This document shows, in pieces, positions 16,611 through 26,400 of a stretch of DNA of 35,829 nt (positions are counted from its first letter, which is position 1; each line of letters begins with the position of its first letter). The stretch spans positions 1-35,829 of the forward strand of contig CAYIXS010000002.1 in NCBI GenBank assembly GCA_964367445.1, read 5' to 3'. Both the position numbers and the translations under genes were made by a program. The notes beneath the pieces were generated by a model. It had not been told where the DNA came from and made no database searches. It worked only from the letters and a program-made list of their open reading frames with translations. The DNA comes from Candidatus Woesearchaeota archaeon (GTDB lineage: Archaea; Nanobdellota; Nanobdellia; SCGC-AAA011-G17; JACPIM01).

Positions 16611-18065
16611 TTATAATTCTTTAAGTTCAGTATTGCCACTCAGTTTTTGTTGCGCCCTTGCTAATTCATATCCTACCCACATTGCGTGGTCTGAATTATC
16701 AATAGCAGATAACTGCCTTAGTTTGTCCTTGATATCTTTTACGTCTTTTCCTCTAATCTCTTCTAATAAAACATTACTTGAACTAAAATGTTGTACTACT
16801 ATTTCTCCTTGGTTTGTATCAACAACAAAAAACCCTCTAGGATCTTTAACATTTAATCTTTTTTTTCTATTTGCTTTAACAAATTGTAGTGCTGTTATTG
16901 CCTTAGCATTTTCTGGATCAATGCCTATCCATCTACTTCTTATATTAATTTGCCCGGGTTCAATACCGCTCATTTCAGCAACTCTTTCCTGTATGGCCCT
17001 TAAACCGTATAGATTAAATAACCAGGCGGATATTGCATTGTGAGTCCTAAAGCTAGCGCTCATAACTAGCTTGTCTCTAATTTTTACAAAATATGCATCA
17101 GTAAAACAAGGAACAGAAGAGTCTCCTGCCTTTGATAATAAGTCTTTTCCTGTGTCCCATAAAGAGACTAAAGAGTGTCTATCATTACTATCCTCTTTTA
17201 ATCTTTTAGCAATAACTTCGAGTGCGTTTATGCCCCAATATTTACCAATTCTATGACCGTAGCTATATGCTCTGTCGTCTGGTAGATCAATATCTAGTAT
17301 TTCTCTCCTATAAGCATTAAGTTCGTCAGGATTAAAACCTAGTTTTCTTAGAGTATATTCTGGTTCAAATGAAGGATTAAGAACATTAACATCTAGATTG
17401 TATAATGCTCTTCTTTTTCCTTTTTCTAATACTACATCAATACCATACCTGTCTAATAAATATAGAACTTCCATCCAAGCTTCTGTAGGAGTATCAGCAA
17501 CCACATTATGGTAGATGACATCAGAAGGAAAATCTTTAAATTGTGGCATTTTTAGTTCGATTTTAACTCTCTGATCTTCACTAGGGGATCTAGTTTTTGG
17601 TTGAGTTATATAACTTATAATCCCTTCTAAATCAGAGGTTTTAAATGCTTGTATCTCTGGCTTATGTGCAAAAAGTTCTGGTCTTAATTGTGCATCAATG
17701 AAACAATCTGTGCCACGTATACGTGACATTTGAACTCCATTAACATCAACTATGTCGGTTCCAGAGGTAAAGAAACTTATTAATGCCTCTGCACTTCCAA
17801 ATGGATTACTTCCAGTAACTGCTATTCTCTCAACTTGTGGATTATAAGCTAGATTTGCTAGCATTTGGGGTAATCCTAAACCATATAGGTTAGTTAATGT
17901 TATCAAAGGTGAATTTTTTTCAAAAAGCATTGGTGCCTTGGAAGCAAGTTTTTCTCTAAATCCCCCACTACCGTCTAATTTTGTCCATAATGTTACTATT
18001 CCTGCATACCCATTTGGATTGATTATCTTTATCTTATTGTCAAAATAAATAGGTTTAAATTCCAT
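16611..18065 (-). CDS. thymidylate-synthase-fold enzyme with MtrA-like N-domain and DUF4346-like C-domain
   Basis: The core SSVPCFTDAYF...SFRTHNAISAWLFNLYGL...RSRWIGID parallels the TS motifs PCH..FQF / RS.D...G.PFNIASY. The N-terminus (GIVTLWT...NLYGLGLPQMLANLAYNPQVERIAVTG) is MtrA-like. The C-terminus (DPRGFFVV...HAMWVGYELARAQ) is DUF4346-like. Confidence 0.65.
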   Translation of the reverse strand: MEFKPIYFDNKIKIINPNGYAGIVTLWTKLDGSGGFREKLASKAPMLFEKNSPLITLTNLYGLGLPQMLANLAYNPQVERIAVTGSNPFGSAEALISFFTSGTDIVDVNGVQMSRIRGTDCFIDAQLRPELFAHKPEIQAFKTSDLEGIISYITQPKTRSPSEDQRVKIELKMPQFKDFPSDVIYHNVVADTPTEAWMEVLYLLDRYGIDVVLEKGKRRALYNLDVNVLNPSFEPEYTLRKLGFNPDELNAYRREILDIDLPDDRAYSYGHRIGKYWGINALEVIAKRLKEDSNDRHSLVSLWDTGKDLLSKAGDSSVPCFTDAYFVKIRDKLVMSASFRTHNAISAWLFNLYGLRAIQERVAEMSGIEPGQINIRSRWIGIDPENAKAITALQFVKANRKKRLNVKDPRGFFVVDTNQGEIVVQHFSSSNVLLEEIRGKDVKDIKDKLRQLSAIDNSDHAMWVGYELARAQQKLSGNTELKEL

Positions 18066-18139
18066 TTAAAATATACTTAAAAAAGAGAATATTTAAAAAT
18101 TGTTATATTTTAAAAACACTATTGTAGAGGTATTGTAAT

Positions 18140-18376
18140 ATGAAAGTTATAATTTACACAAAAAATAATGATGCGTATTCTGATATGATACGCAATTTAT
18201 TAAAAACAAACAACATAGAGTTTGAAATGGTTGATGTTTCAAGAAATAAAGATAAATTTAAAGAGATGCAGGAAATATCTGGACAAGCAAATACTCCTGT
18301 AATACAAATAGATGATAAAGTTTTTCTTGGTTTTGATAGAGAAAAAATAAAAGAAGTTCTTGGTTTAAACAAATGA
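18140..18376 (+). CDS. glutaredoxin/NrdH-fold protein lacking the CxxC active site
   Basis: VIIYTKNNDAYSDM stands where Grx has YTK.GCPYC, and TPVIQIDDKVFLGFD is the Grx-fold cis-Pro region. It overlaps the next gene by ATGA. Confidence 0.7.
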   Translation: MKVIIYTKNNDAYSDMIRNLLKTNNIEFEMVDVSRNKDKFKEMQEISGQANTPVIQIDDKVFLGFDREKIKEVLGLNK

Positions 18377-19011
18377 AGTTATTTATTTTTGATTGGAGCG
18401 GAGTAATAAGTGACGATAGAAGACCAGTTTATGAAGCCAATATGAGAATATTTAGAGAAAAAGGAATAAGAGAATTATCTTTTGAAGAATTTTTTTTAAA
18501 AACAGATTCGAATATAGCAGAATTTCTAGCAAAACAAGGAGTTGCTGGAACACCAGACGAACTTTCATTATTGGGCAAAAGAGCGTATGATTTAGTTATT
18601 AGTTCTGGAATACAACCTGTTTTATATGATGATGTAAAGAACGTATTGGACTTTTTATTTAAAAGAAACAATATGCTTGCTGTTTTAAGCAGCCATCCTG
18701 AAGAAAACTTACAACAAGAAGCAAGAAGTTATGGGATAGATTCTTATTTTAGATTGATTACAGGCAATTCAAGAAATAAATCTGATGGAATAGTAAGAAT
18801 AGTGGAAGCTAATGGAATGCAAAGAGAAGAAACAATTTATTTGGGTGATATGACATATGATATTAGAGCAGCAAAAAAAGCAGGTGTTCATTCAGCAGCA
18901 ATCTCTGGTCCAGATGGACAACAAAGAGGATATCATAGCAGACAAAGATTAGAAATGGAACAACCAGATTTTTTGCTAGATTCATTAGGAGATTTGAAGA
19001 CTTTCTTTTAG
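18373..19011 (+). CDS. HAD-superfamily hydrolase with atypical motif I (DWS)
   Basis: Motif I is IFDWSGVISDD, with Ser at the +2 position rather than Asp. Motif II is VLSSH and motif IV is LGDMTYDIRAAKKAG. Confidence 0.8.
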   Translation: MKLFIFDWSGVISDDRRPVYEANMRIFREKGIRELSFEEFFLKTDSNIAEFLAKQGVAGTPDELSLLGKRAYDLVISSGIQPVLYDDVKNVLDFLFKRNNMLAVLSSHPEENLQQEARSYGIDSYFRLITGNSRNKSDGIVRIVEANGMQREETIYLGDMTYDIRAAKKAGVHSAAISGPDGQQRGYHSRQRLEMEQPDFLLDSLGDLKTFF

Positions 19012-19099
19012 GTTTACCACTTAATAAATAAAACACTTTTTTATAAATGATGAAATAGTAATTCTTAATTAATAATTACTTTAAAAGGGGGGAAATTTA

Positions 19100-19327
19100 A
19101 TGGCTAAAAGAAGAAAAAAGAGGACTAAATCTACAGCTATGCAAATGAGTTCTTCAAATGCATGTTATATGTGTTGCCCTAATCATAAAAGATGGGGATT
19201 AATAGCATTGTTAATAGGTTTGATCTTTTTATTACAAGATTACACTGGAGGTCCTAGTTTCTGGAAACTAAGCTGGTATACGGTAGTTTTCTTATTAATA
19301 GGGTTCTGCTGGTTTTCTAAGAAATAA
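19100..19327 (+). CDS. small Cys-rich two-TM membrane protein
   Basis: A GGGGGG SD-like run precedes the ATG. The protein has a basic N-terminus, CYMCCPNH and two hydrophobic helices. It converges on the ATPase 3' end with a 33-nt overlap. Confidence 0.5.
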   Translation: MAKRRKKRTKSTAMQMSSSNACYMCCPNHKRWGLIALLIGLIFLLQDYTGGPSFWKLSWYTVVFLLIGFCWFSKK

Positions 19328-21862
19328 ATTTTTTATTATTTTTATTATTTCAAATACTATTATTCCAATAAAACTAAAGAAAATTATTTTTATCCATTCA
19401 TTGAAACTTAGAGGAACTAGTTTAAAGAAGATATTTAGATTAGTATACATTATAATTAAATGCAAAAATATGCTGGAAATAACTGCAAGCCAAATATACT
19501 TGTTGGTCTTATTTCCAAAAATAAACTTTTCTCCTCTTACAGTAAATACCAATAATAGCTCAAAAATTATCAAGCTAGTTAATGCAATTGTTCTGGCCAG
19601 ATCTAAATCAAAATTAACATTTTTATAAAATAAGGTTAATACTAAAACACTAGCTATAATACCAGAGGATAAAACAAACCAAATAGTATCTTTTAGAATA
19701 TTTTCTTTTTTATTTCTTGGTTTTCTTTTCATAACTTCTTCATTAGGATCATCAATGCCTAGAGCCAAAGCAGGCAAACCATCTGTAACTAAATTAATCC
19801 ACAATATCTGTAAAGGCAATAAAGGCAAGGGTAAGTTTAATATTAAACTTAATAATATGATTAATACTTCTCCGAAATTAGCACTTAACAGATATTTCAC
19901 AAATTTCTTAATATTATCGTATATAACTCTTCCTTCCCTAACGGCATTAATTATTGAAGCAAAATTATCATCAACTAATACCATATCAGAAGAGTCTCTT
20001 GCAACGTCTGTGCCTTTAATATTCATGGCTATTCCTACCTCTGCTTTTTTCAATGCTGGAGCATCATTGATGCCATCTCCTGTCATGGCAACTATATTGT
20101 TCCTTCTTTGCAATTCTTCCAAAATCTTAACTTTATGTTCAGCACTTACCCTTGCATATATATTTACATGATCAATATAATCGCTAACATCGTATTCATC
20201 TATTTCATTACCACTAATTGCTTTCCCCTTAATACCAATTTCCTTAGCTATTGCTAAAGCTGTTTCTTTATGATCACCTGTAATCATTATTACTCTTATT
20301 CCTGCCTCATTCGCAATTTTAATCGCTTCTTTAACTTCTTTTCTAGGTGGATCTATCATTCCTGCTAGGCCAACAAAAACGGTTTTCTTGTTTTTTTCAT
20401 AGGCCAAGCCTAATACTCTTAGTGCTTTGGAAGCCATTTCAGAATTTTTCTTTAAAAGAAGCTCTTTCTCTTTTGAATTTAAATTTATTATTTTATTATT
20501 TATTTCAATATAGTTGCAAAATTTAAGTATTACTTCAGGGGCACCTTTAATGAATTTTATTTTTTCATTATTTATGATATAAGTAGCGGACATGTATTTT
20601 TTTTCAGAACTAAATTGCTCTTCATCTATTCTTGTTTTTAGCTTATCAATTTTGGCTTTTTTTCCAAGAACTAATAGGGCTAATTCAGTAGGATCTCCTA
20701 GATCAGGCAATGAGGAGTTATTACAATTAACTCCAATATTAATCAAATTAAAAAACTCTTTTGGATTAATTTTATTGTTATTAAATAAAAAATTACCTTT
20801 TAATTCATAGCCTTTTCCTGTTACTTTTATTTCTTTATTATTCACAAATAAATCGGTAACTGTCATTTCATTTTTTGTTAATGTGCCTGTTTTGTCTGTA
20901 GCTATTACCTGAATACTGCCTAATGTTTCTACTGCGTGAAGTTTTCTAATCAATGCCTTTTTCTTTAACATTCTTTGAACACCAATGGCTAAGCTTATTG
21001 TTATAACTGCAGGCAAACCTTCTGGTATAATGGCCACGGCTAAAGAAATGGCTGTTTTGAAGATGTCCAAGAAGTTTAATCCTTTAAATAACCCTATTAT
21101 AATAACGACTACGGAGATTAAAAAAGCCAATAATGCTATAATATCACTTAATTTTTTCAATTTTTTTTGCAAAGGGGTTTCCTCTGTATCAATTTTTTCA
21201 ATTAATCTTGCTATTTTACCCACTTCAGTATCCATTCCGGTATCAGTAACTATTGCTTTTCCTCTTCCATTAACAACTAAAGTTCCTGAGAAAACCATAT
21301 TATTCTGATCAGAAACTACTGCCTGGGTTTTTATTCTATTAATTTGCTTATTTACACTTGTACTTTCTCCTGTTAAAACAGATTCATCTATATTTAAATT
21401 AATAACTTCAATTAATCTGGCGTCAACATTGATTTTGTCTCCTGTTTCAAAAAGGATAATATCTCCAGGAACTAATAACTCGGAAGATATTATTTTTTCT
21501 TTTCCATCTCGCATTACTCTTGAATTTGGAGTATTTAATTTCCTTAAAAGTTCAATTGCTTTTTCTGCTTTGTACTCCTGGATGAAACCTAAAGTTGCAT
21601 TTAAAAAAATTATTATCAAAATAGCAATTCCATCTAAAAACTCTTTTAAAGCAAAAACTACCATTGTAGAAATTATTAATATTATAATTAATGGGCTTAT
21701 GAATTGCCTAAGAAATATTTTTAATTTGCTTATTTCATGTTTCTTTTCTAAGATGTTTTTTCCGTATTTTTCTAGTCTTTTTTTTGCTTCTGTTTCTGTT
21801 AATCCATTTTCAGAGCTATTTAATTCAGATAAAACCTCTTTTATTTCTTTTTGATAATACAT
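19295..21862 (-). CDS. P-type IIA (SERCA-like) cation/Ca2+-transporting ATPase
   Basis: IPEGLPAV (M4), DKTGTLT phosphorylation site, MITGDH, TGDGINDAPALKKA hinge; 855 aa. Confidence 0.9.
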   Translation of the reverse strand: MYYQKEIKEVLSELNSSENGLTETEAKKRLEKYGKNILEKKHEISKLKIFLRQFISPLIIILIISTMVVFALKEFLDGIAILIIIFLNATLGFIQEYKAEKAIELLRKLNTPNSRVMRDGKEKIISSELLVPGDIILFETGDKINVDARLIEVINLNIDESVLTGESTSVNKQINRIKTQAVVSDQNNMVFSGTLVVNGRGKAIVTDTGMDTEVGKIARLIEKIDTEETPLQKKLKKLSDIIALLAFLISVVVIIIGLFKGLNFLDIFKTAISLAVAIIPEGLPAVITISLAIGVQRMLKKKALIRKLHAVETLGSIQVIATDKTGTLTKNEMTVTDLFVNNKEIKVTGKGYELKGNFLFNNNKINPKEFFNLINIGVNCNNSSLPDLGDPTELALLVLGKKAKIDKLKTRIDEEQFSSEKKYMSATYIINNEKIKFIKGAPEVILKFCNYIEINNKIINLNSKEKELLLKKNSEMASKALRVLGLAYEKNKKTVFVGLAGMIDPPRKEVKEAIKIANEAGIRVIMITGDHKETALAIAKEIGIKGKAISGNEIDEYDVSDYIDHVNIYARVSAEHKVKILEELQRRNNIVAMTGDGINDAPALKKAEVGIAMNIKGTDVARDSSDMVLVDDNFASIINAVREGRVIYDNIKKFVKYLLSANFGEVLIILLSLILNLPLPLLPLQILWINLVTDGLPALALGIDDPNEEVMKRKPRNKKENILKDTIWFVLSSGIIASVLVLTLFYKNVNFDLDLARTIALTSLIIFELLLVFTVRGEKFIFGNKTNKYIWLAVISSIFLHLIIMYTNLNIFFKLVPLSFNEWIKIIFFSFIGIIVFEIIKIIKNLFLRKPAEPY

Positions 21863-21905
21863 ATGATAAAAAGAATTAATTTGAATATATAAATATTAAG
21901 TTCTA

Positions 21906-22112
21906 TTATTTCAATTTAACTATTTTGTAGTTATTTGGTAATTTCACTTCTTGTGCTTCTGGGACTTCCCACTTGTCTATAGATCCATACAATACTCTAG
22001 AATCAGGACTAGTAGAACTGGTGGCTTCAACTACAAGTTTAATAGCTTCTTTTTTATTTGAAGCTATTACAATTGCATTATGTCTTACTCCTCTTATATA
22101 ATATAATTTCAT
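21906..22112 (-). CDS. hypothetical 68-aa protein
   Basis: ORF only, no motif recognised. It sits between the HEPN gene and the ATPase on the same strand. Confidence 0.4.
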   Translation of the reverse strand: MKLYYIRGVRHNAIVIASNKKEAIKLVVEATSSTSPDSRVLYGSIDKWEVPEAQEVKLPNNYKIVKLK

Positions 22113-22170
22113 ATTTTAATTAATAGTATAAACACTTATAAGTTTTCTGTATTTCCATAAAGGAATAAAT

Positions 22171-22686
22171 TTAATCTTCTTGCTCTTCAATTATTACTTT
22201 TGTTTCTGATAATATTTTTCGAGATAATTCAAGAAGCTCTTCGTATAGATCATCATCTATTGAAAGCTTTGTGCCATATTGGTATTCTTCTCTAATTCCC
22301 GTGCTTGTTGAAGTCTCTTTTTGAATTTCCAGTGTAGAAACCTTTTCTAATAGTTCTTTATCTAGCTTTATCTTCTTATTTTCAATAAGGCTTTCTATAA
22401 GAGCAAAGGTACACTCCTGATTCCCAGATTCATATCCAAATTTTGCAGCAATTGCAAGAAAGCATTGATACATAGAATAAAAAAATGCACTTGCAGACCA
22501 GTCTGAAAATCCTACCTTTGCAAACTCAATAGCTCCTTTAAGATTGTGCTCTGCTTTGCTTACATGTTCTAATGCCTTATTTTTATCTGGCTTTACTACT
22601 ACAAGGCCCCTATGCTTGCTTTTTTCCTTTAACTCTGTCTCTGCTTTTTTCAAGCACCAATCTACTTTATTTTTAGCATGGCTCAT
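22171..22686 (-). CDS. HEPN-domain protein (partner of the upstream nucleotidyltransferase)
   Basis: Helical protein with a HEPN-like core (ALEHVSKAEHNLKGAIEF...FFYSMYQCFLAIAAKFG). It overlaps the MNT gene by ATGA. I could not find an Rx4-6H motif. Confidence 0.65.
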   Translation of the reverse strand: MSHAKNKVDWCLKKAETELKEKSKHRGLVVVKPDKNKALEHVSKAEHNLKGAIEFAKVGFSDWSASAFFYSMYQCFLAIAAKFGYESGNQECTFALIESLIENKKIKLDKELLEKVSTLEIQKETSTSTGIREEYQYGTKLSIDDDLYEELLELSRKILSETKVIIEEQED

Positions 22687-23258
22687 TGCAAAACCCCCAG
22701 AATAATATCATCCCCAGAGACAAGAATTCCTTTTATTGCATTCAATATAACTTTATTTCTCTCTTTTATGTATTTCTCTAAATCTGTTTTTGTCTGATAT
22801 ACTGGATGGACCTTCTTTTCATTGAGCATGTTTATAGCTTCAACTTCTTTTTTTGTTTTCTCAAAGTTTTTCTTGCTTACGATAATTAATGCATCTATAT
22901 CTCTTGCTTCTTTTTCTTTTTTCAAAACAGAGCCAAATAAGACAACTGCATTTGCACTTTTTATTTTTTCTAGCTCTCTCACCCACATTTTTATATAAGC
23001 AGAGGACATTTCAGCCTCTTTTTTTAAAAGAAATTTAATGTACTGAGAAGAATAGTTATTTAAGTTTATTTTGTAAATGCTTGCTCTTCCAACTTTTCTT
23101 GAGGATAATATTCCTTCTTTCTCTAATCTTTTTGCTATTTTAAGGGCGCCCATAGAACTGATTCCTATCTGCCTTGCTATGCTATTGGCATTATATTCTA
23201 TTTCAGGACTTTTCAAGACACTTAAAACAAAAAGCATCTCGTTATTATTTTTTTTCAT
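22683..23258 (-). CDS. winged-HTH + minimal nucleotidyltransferase (MNT) protein
   Basis: The N-terminal wHTH (ANSIARQIGISSMGALKIAKRLEKEGIL) is followed by the MNT motif LFGSVLKKEKEARDIDALIIV. Confidence 0.75.
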   Translation of the reverse strand: MKKNNNEMLFVLSVLKSPEIEYNANSIARQIGISSMGALKIAKRLEKEGILSSRKVGRASIYKINLNNYSSQYIKFLLKKEAEMSSAYIKMWVRELEKIKSANAVVLFGSVLKKEKEARDIDALIIVSKKNFEKTKKEVEAINMLNEKKVHPVYQTKTDLEKYIKERNKVILNAIKGILVSGDDIILGVLQ

Positions 23259-23265
23259 ATCAATT

Positions 23266-23300
23266 AATAGTTTATATATTTAAACAAATAGTTTATATAT
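23266..23300. promoter_or_regulatory. two perfect 14-bp direct repeats AATAGTTTATATAT (23266-23279, 23287-23300) upstream of the MNT/HEPN operon
   Basis: Read directly from the sequence: 21-bp period, starting 8 bp upstream of the MNT start codon, and containing TATA-like cores. Confidence 0.5.
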
Positions 23301-23484
23301 CTTTCTATTTTAACAACCACCTCAATAAATGAAGAAATTTAATTTTCTGTCTACTTTTCTTTGCTACCACAGTATTATATAGAAGGAAACTATTCGTAAA
23401 TCTTTCCCTCTATGTAATTCATATTTATTTAGCTTAATTTATTCAAATCTTACCCCCTTAGACTATTAGAAGTACTAAACAATT

Positions 23485-26400
23485 TTATTTAATATTTCTC
23501 ATAACTTTGTCTATTAAACTTTCATCCCAACCAGAATCTAGTGCTGCTTTTCTTATCTCTTCTCTAGTATATCCCTTACTTAGGTTTTCTTGTATAATGT
23601 TTCTTAATCTTTCATAATTTCTTCTTTCGTTTTCAGACATCTCTTCCCAAGGTTCTTCTTTATACTTTGGTTTTCTTTTGGACATTAAATATATAATAAT
23701 GGCTGCAATTAGTAATATTAAAATTATAATTCCTATTATCAAAACAGTAATATAATTCTTTAAGATTAAATCAGTGGTTTTTATTTTTTGGGGTGTTTCT
23801 TGAACTTTTATTGGTGGTTGCTCTATTATAGGTTGAATGGGTTGTTGGGTTTTTCTCTCACATATTCCAGAATTATTACATATTTCATCACTTTGACACA
23901 CAATATCCAAACTACAGCTTCTGCAAGTTTCACCTGAATCTAGGATGTTATTACCACAGAGAGTTTCTTCCTCAATTTTTTGTGCTATTATTGAAAATAT
24001 GGAGAATCCTTTGGTTTCAGCATCATAAATATAATAACCATTTTCCTTGCCTATATATCTTGTATTCAAATCTGTCCAGAAATCATTTACTAATTTCTTT
24101 AATTTTATATCGTTCTTATTATATCCGTTACTGATTAACCATTTTTTATCTACTCTAAATTGTATTTTGCTTTCTAAAAATTCATTATTTTGTATATTAT
24201 TTAACTCAATTTCAAAAGATTTGTAATTGGTGCCTTGGCCTATATATGTTTGATCTATTTTTTTAATAGTAATTCTAATATAATTCTTATCATTGTTAAG
24301 CTTAAATGATAATCTATCGACATTACTTGTTTTATCAGTTACCTCTAAAATTTTAATTTCCCCCGCCTTTATGTTTCTTATTGTTTGTACTACCCTATTT
24401 GGACTATAACTACTACTGCCTCCTCCTGAAGATGGCCCTGGGCTTGGTGGGTTCACAACCACAACAAAGCAAGAACCACAATCTTCTTTGCAACTTTCAC
24501 AGTTTTCGTCTTCACTACAAAAGCCATCATTACAAGTGCTTGGAGTTTCAACACATAGACCGCTCTCGCCGCACGAAGATCCAAATGGACATAGGCATAT
24601 GTTGCATCTCGGTACTAACTCTTTATCAGAATTACAATAATAAGGAATGTTATCTGAGCAGGTATTAATCTTTGTTTTATCTGTGCATAAAACTTCTTCT
24701 TCACCCTCGCGACCACCATATACCCAGAAAGGATAAGTATATTCTAAATAATCCCCATTTATATTAATAACCTCATTATTTTCATTTAGCAAGGCTCCAT
24801 AAACCCTATAATTTCCATTAAAGTCAGGAATCCAATATCCTGCTTCTGCCCACTCAGTATCAAGAGCAATAATCTCCCCAGGATGGATTGTTCTTGCTAC
24901 ACTATCCACTACAACGGTTTTAAAATCTTCCCAGTTGAAATTCTCTTGATTTTCTTTTTGAACTTTAAGCAAGATCTTGCCAACGATGTCCTGATCTATC
25001 TTATTTTGTATCATAGATTTAGGAACAACATTTACATAGTAATTAATTGTTGGGCTATACTCTGGTCTTAAAACAAAATTATCAGCAAAAGGTTCAAAAA
25101 TAAAGGATTGCGCCCCAATTTTAACTGGAGTAACCTCCAAATTTGTAGTATATACTTGGCCAGTCGATAAATTACCTATTAATATCTCATGTAGTAAAGT
25201 CCTCGTTCCTCCAATTTCATTATAGACTCTTAGCCGGGCATTTACTAATGTTTCTTGACCAACATTCTCAATCATAAGATCATAACTTATTGGTTGATTC
25301 TGTACATTATTATTCCCACTCCATTCTGATTGTATTACATTTAGCCTAAAATACGGCTCTATTGGTCGGACATACATTGAGAAATATCTTTCATTATTAT
25401 CAAGGTTTTTCTCTTTGTCTGCAGAAACAACCACCTTATAATCATTAAAAAAGGGAGTATCTGGAATAACTGAAAGCATAAAATCTTTCCTACCTACTTC
25501 AACATCGTTGAGGTTTATTGATTTAAGCAATTCTAAATTTTCAGTACCATCTATCTTTTCAGTACCATCTATCCATGCAACCTTATAAAAATCTACTTTA
25601 ACATTCGTTGCTTTTTCAGATCCGGAATTTTCAACATTGCCTTCTAATATAACTTCTTCTCCAACAAAAGGTGCTATAAATGGGGCTCTAATTTCGATTG
25701 TCAATTCGGGTGAGGAGGCAAAGGCCGTATAAATATAGTTTTGTGTTGTATACTGGCTTATAGAGTCTATGACTACTTTAGAATCACTATCATATAATTG
25801 AATAGGTTCTACTTTGTAAGGACCATTTAATCCCCATTTACGTAAGCTTAATCCATCAAAAGACAAAGAAATATTATTGGTCGTTCCACCATTTAATTCA
25901 ATAAAAGAACTTGTAGAACCCAAATTAACACCAAACTGAGAGTATAAATCCCCATCCAGACTTAACATAGAATCTTTCAGCGCATCTATAGTAACTTTAA
26001 TTTCCAGAGAGTCAAAAAGACCATCGCCATCATTATCCAAGCCTTCATCAATAACAGACACGATTTTTGCTCCCCTAATAGTTACTTTTCTTTTAATCTC
26101 ATTATTAAAAACTATATCTTCCACACCAACATCATCAACTTTTATCCTTATTTCGTAGCCCCCATATCTATTTGGTGTCCAACTAAAGTTCACAATTGTT
26201 TCTTCATTAATATCAATAGCAGAAATATACCTTTGATCATATTCAACATTATTCAAAAAAAGTCTTAATCTAACTCCTTGTTCTCTCATTATGCCTTTAT
26301 TTTTGAGCTTAACACTGAAATCTATTTTTTCTTTGTCTACTACAAAAGGCAGAGTTAATTCGCTTAATTCTAAATCGTGTTCTTTATTTACTTGCTTACT

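Noticed and set aside
13400-19011. Higher G+C of the 13.4-19 kb block as proof of horizontal transfer
   Set aside because: The evidence is only hand counts on a few 60-nt samples. Conserved enzyme genes in AT-rich genomes are commonly G+C-richer, and no flanking repeats, integrase or tRNA target were seen.
19401-21854. Plus-strand ORFs within the P-type ATPase gene (19401..19628, 19755..20171, 20592..20810, 20985..21308, 21429..21854)
   Set aside because: They are antisense shadows of a full-length ATPase with all signature motifs.
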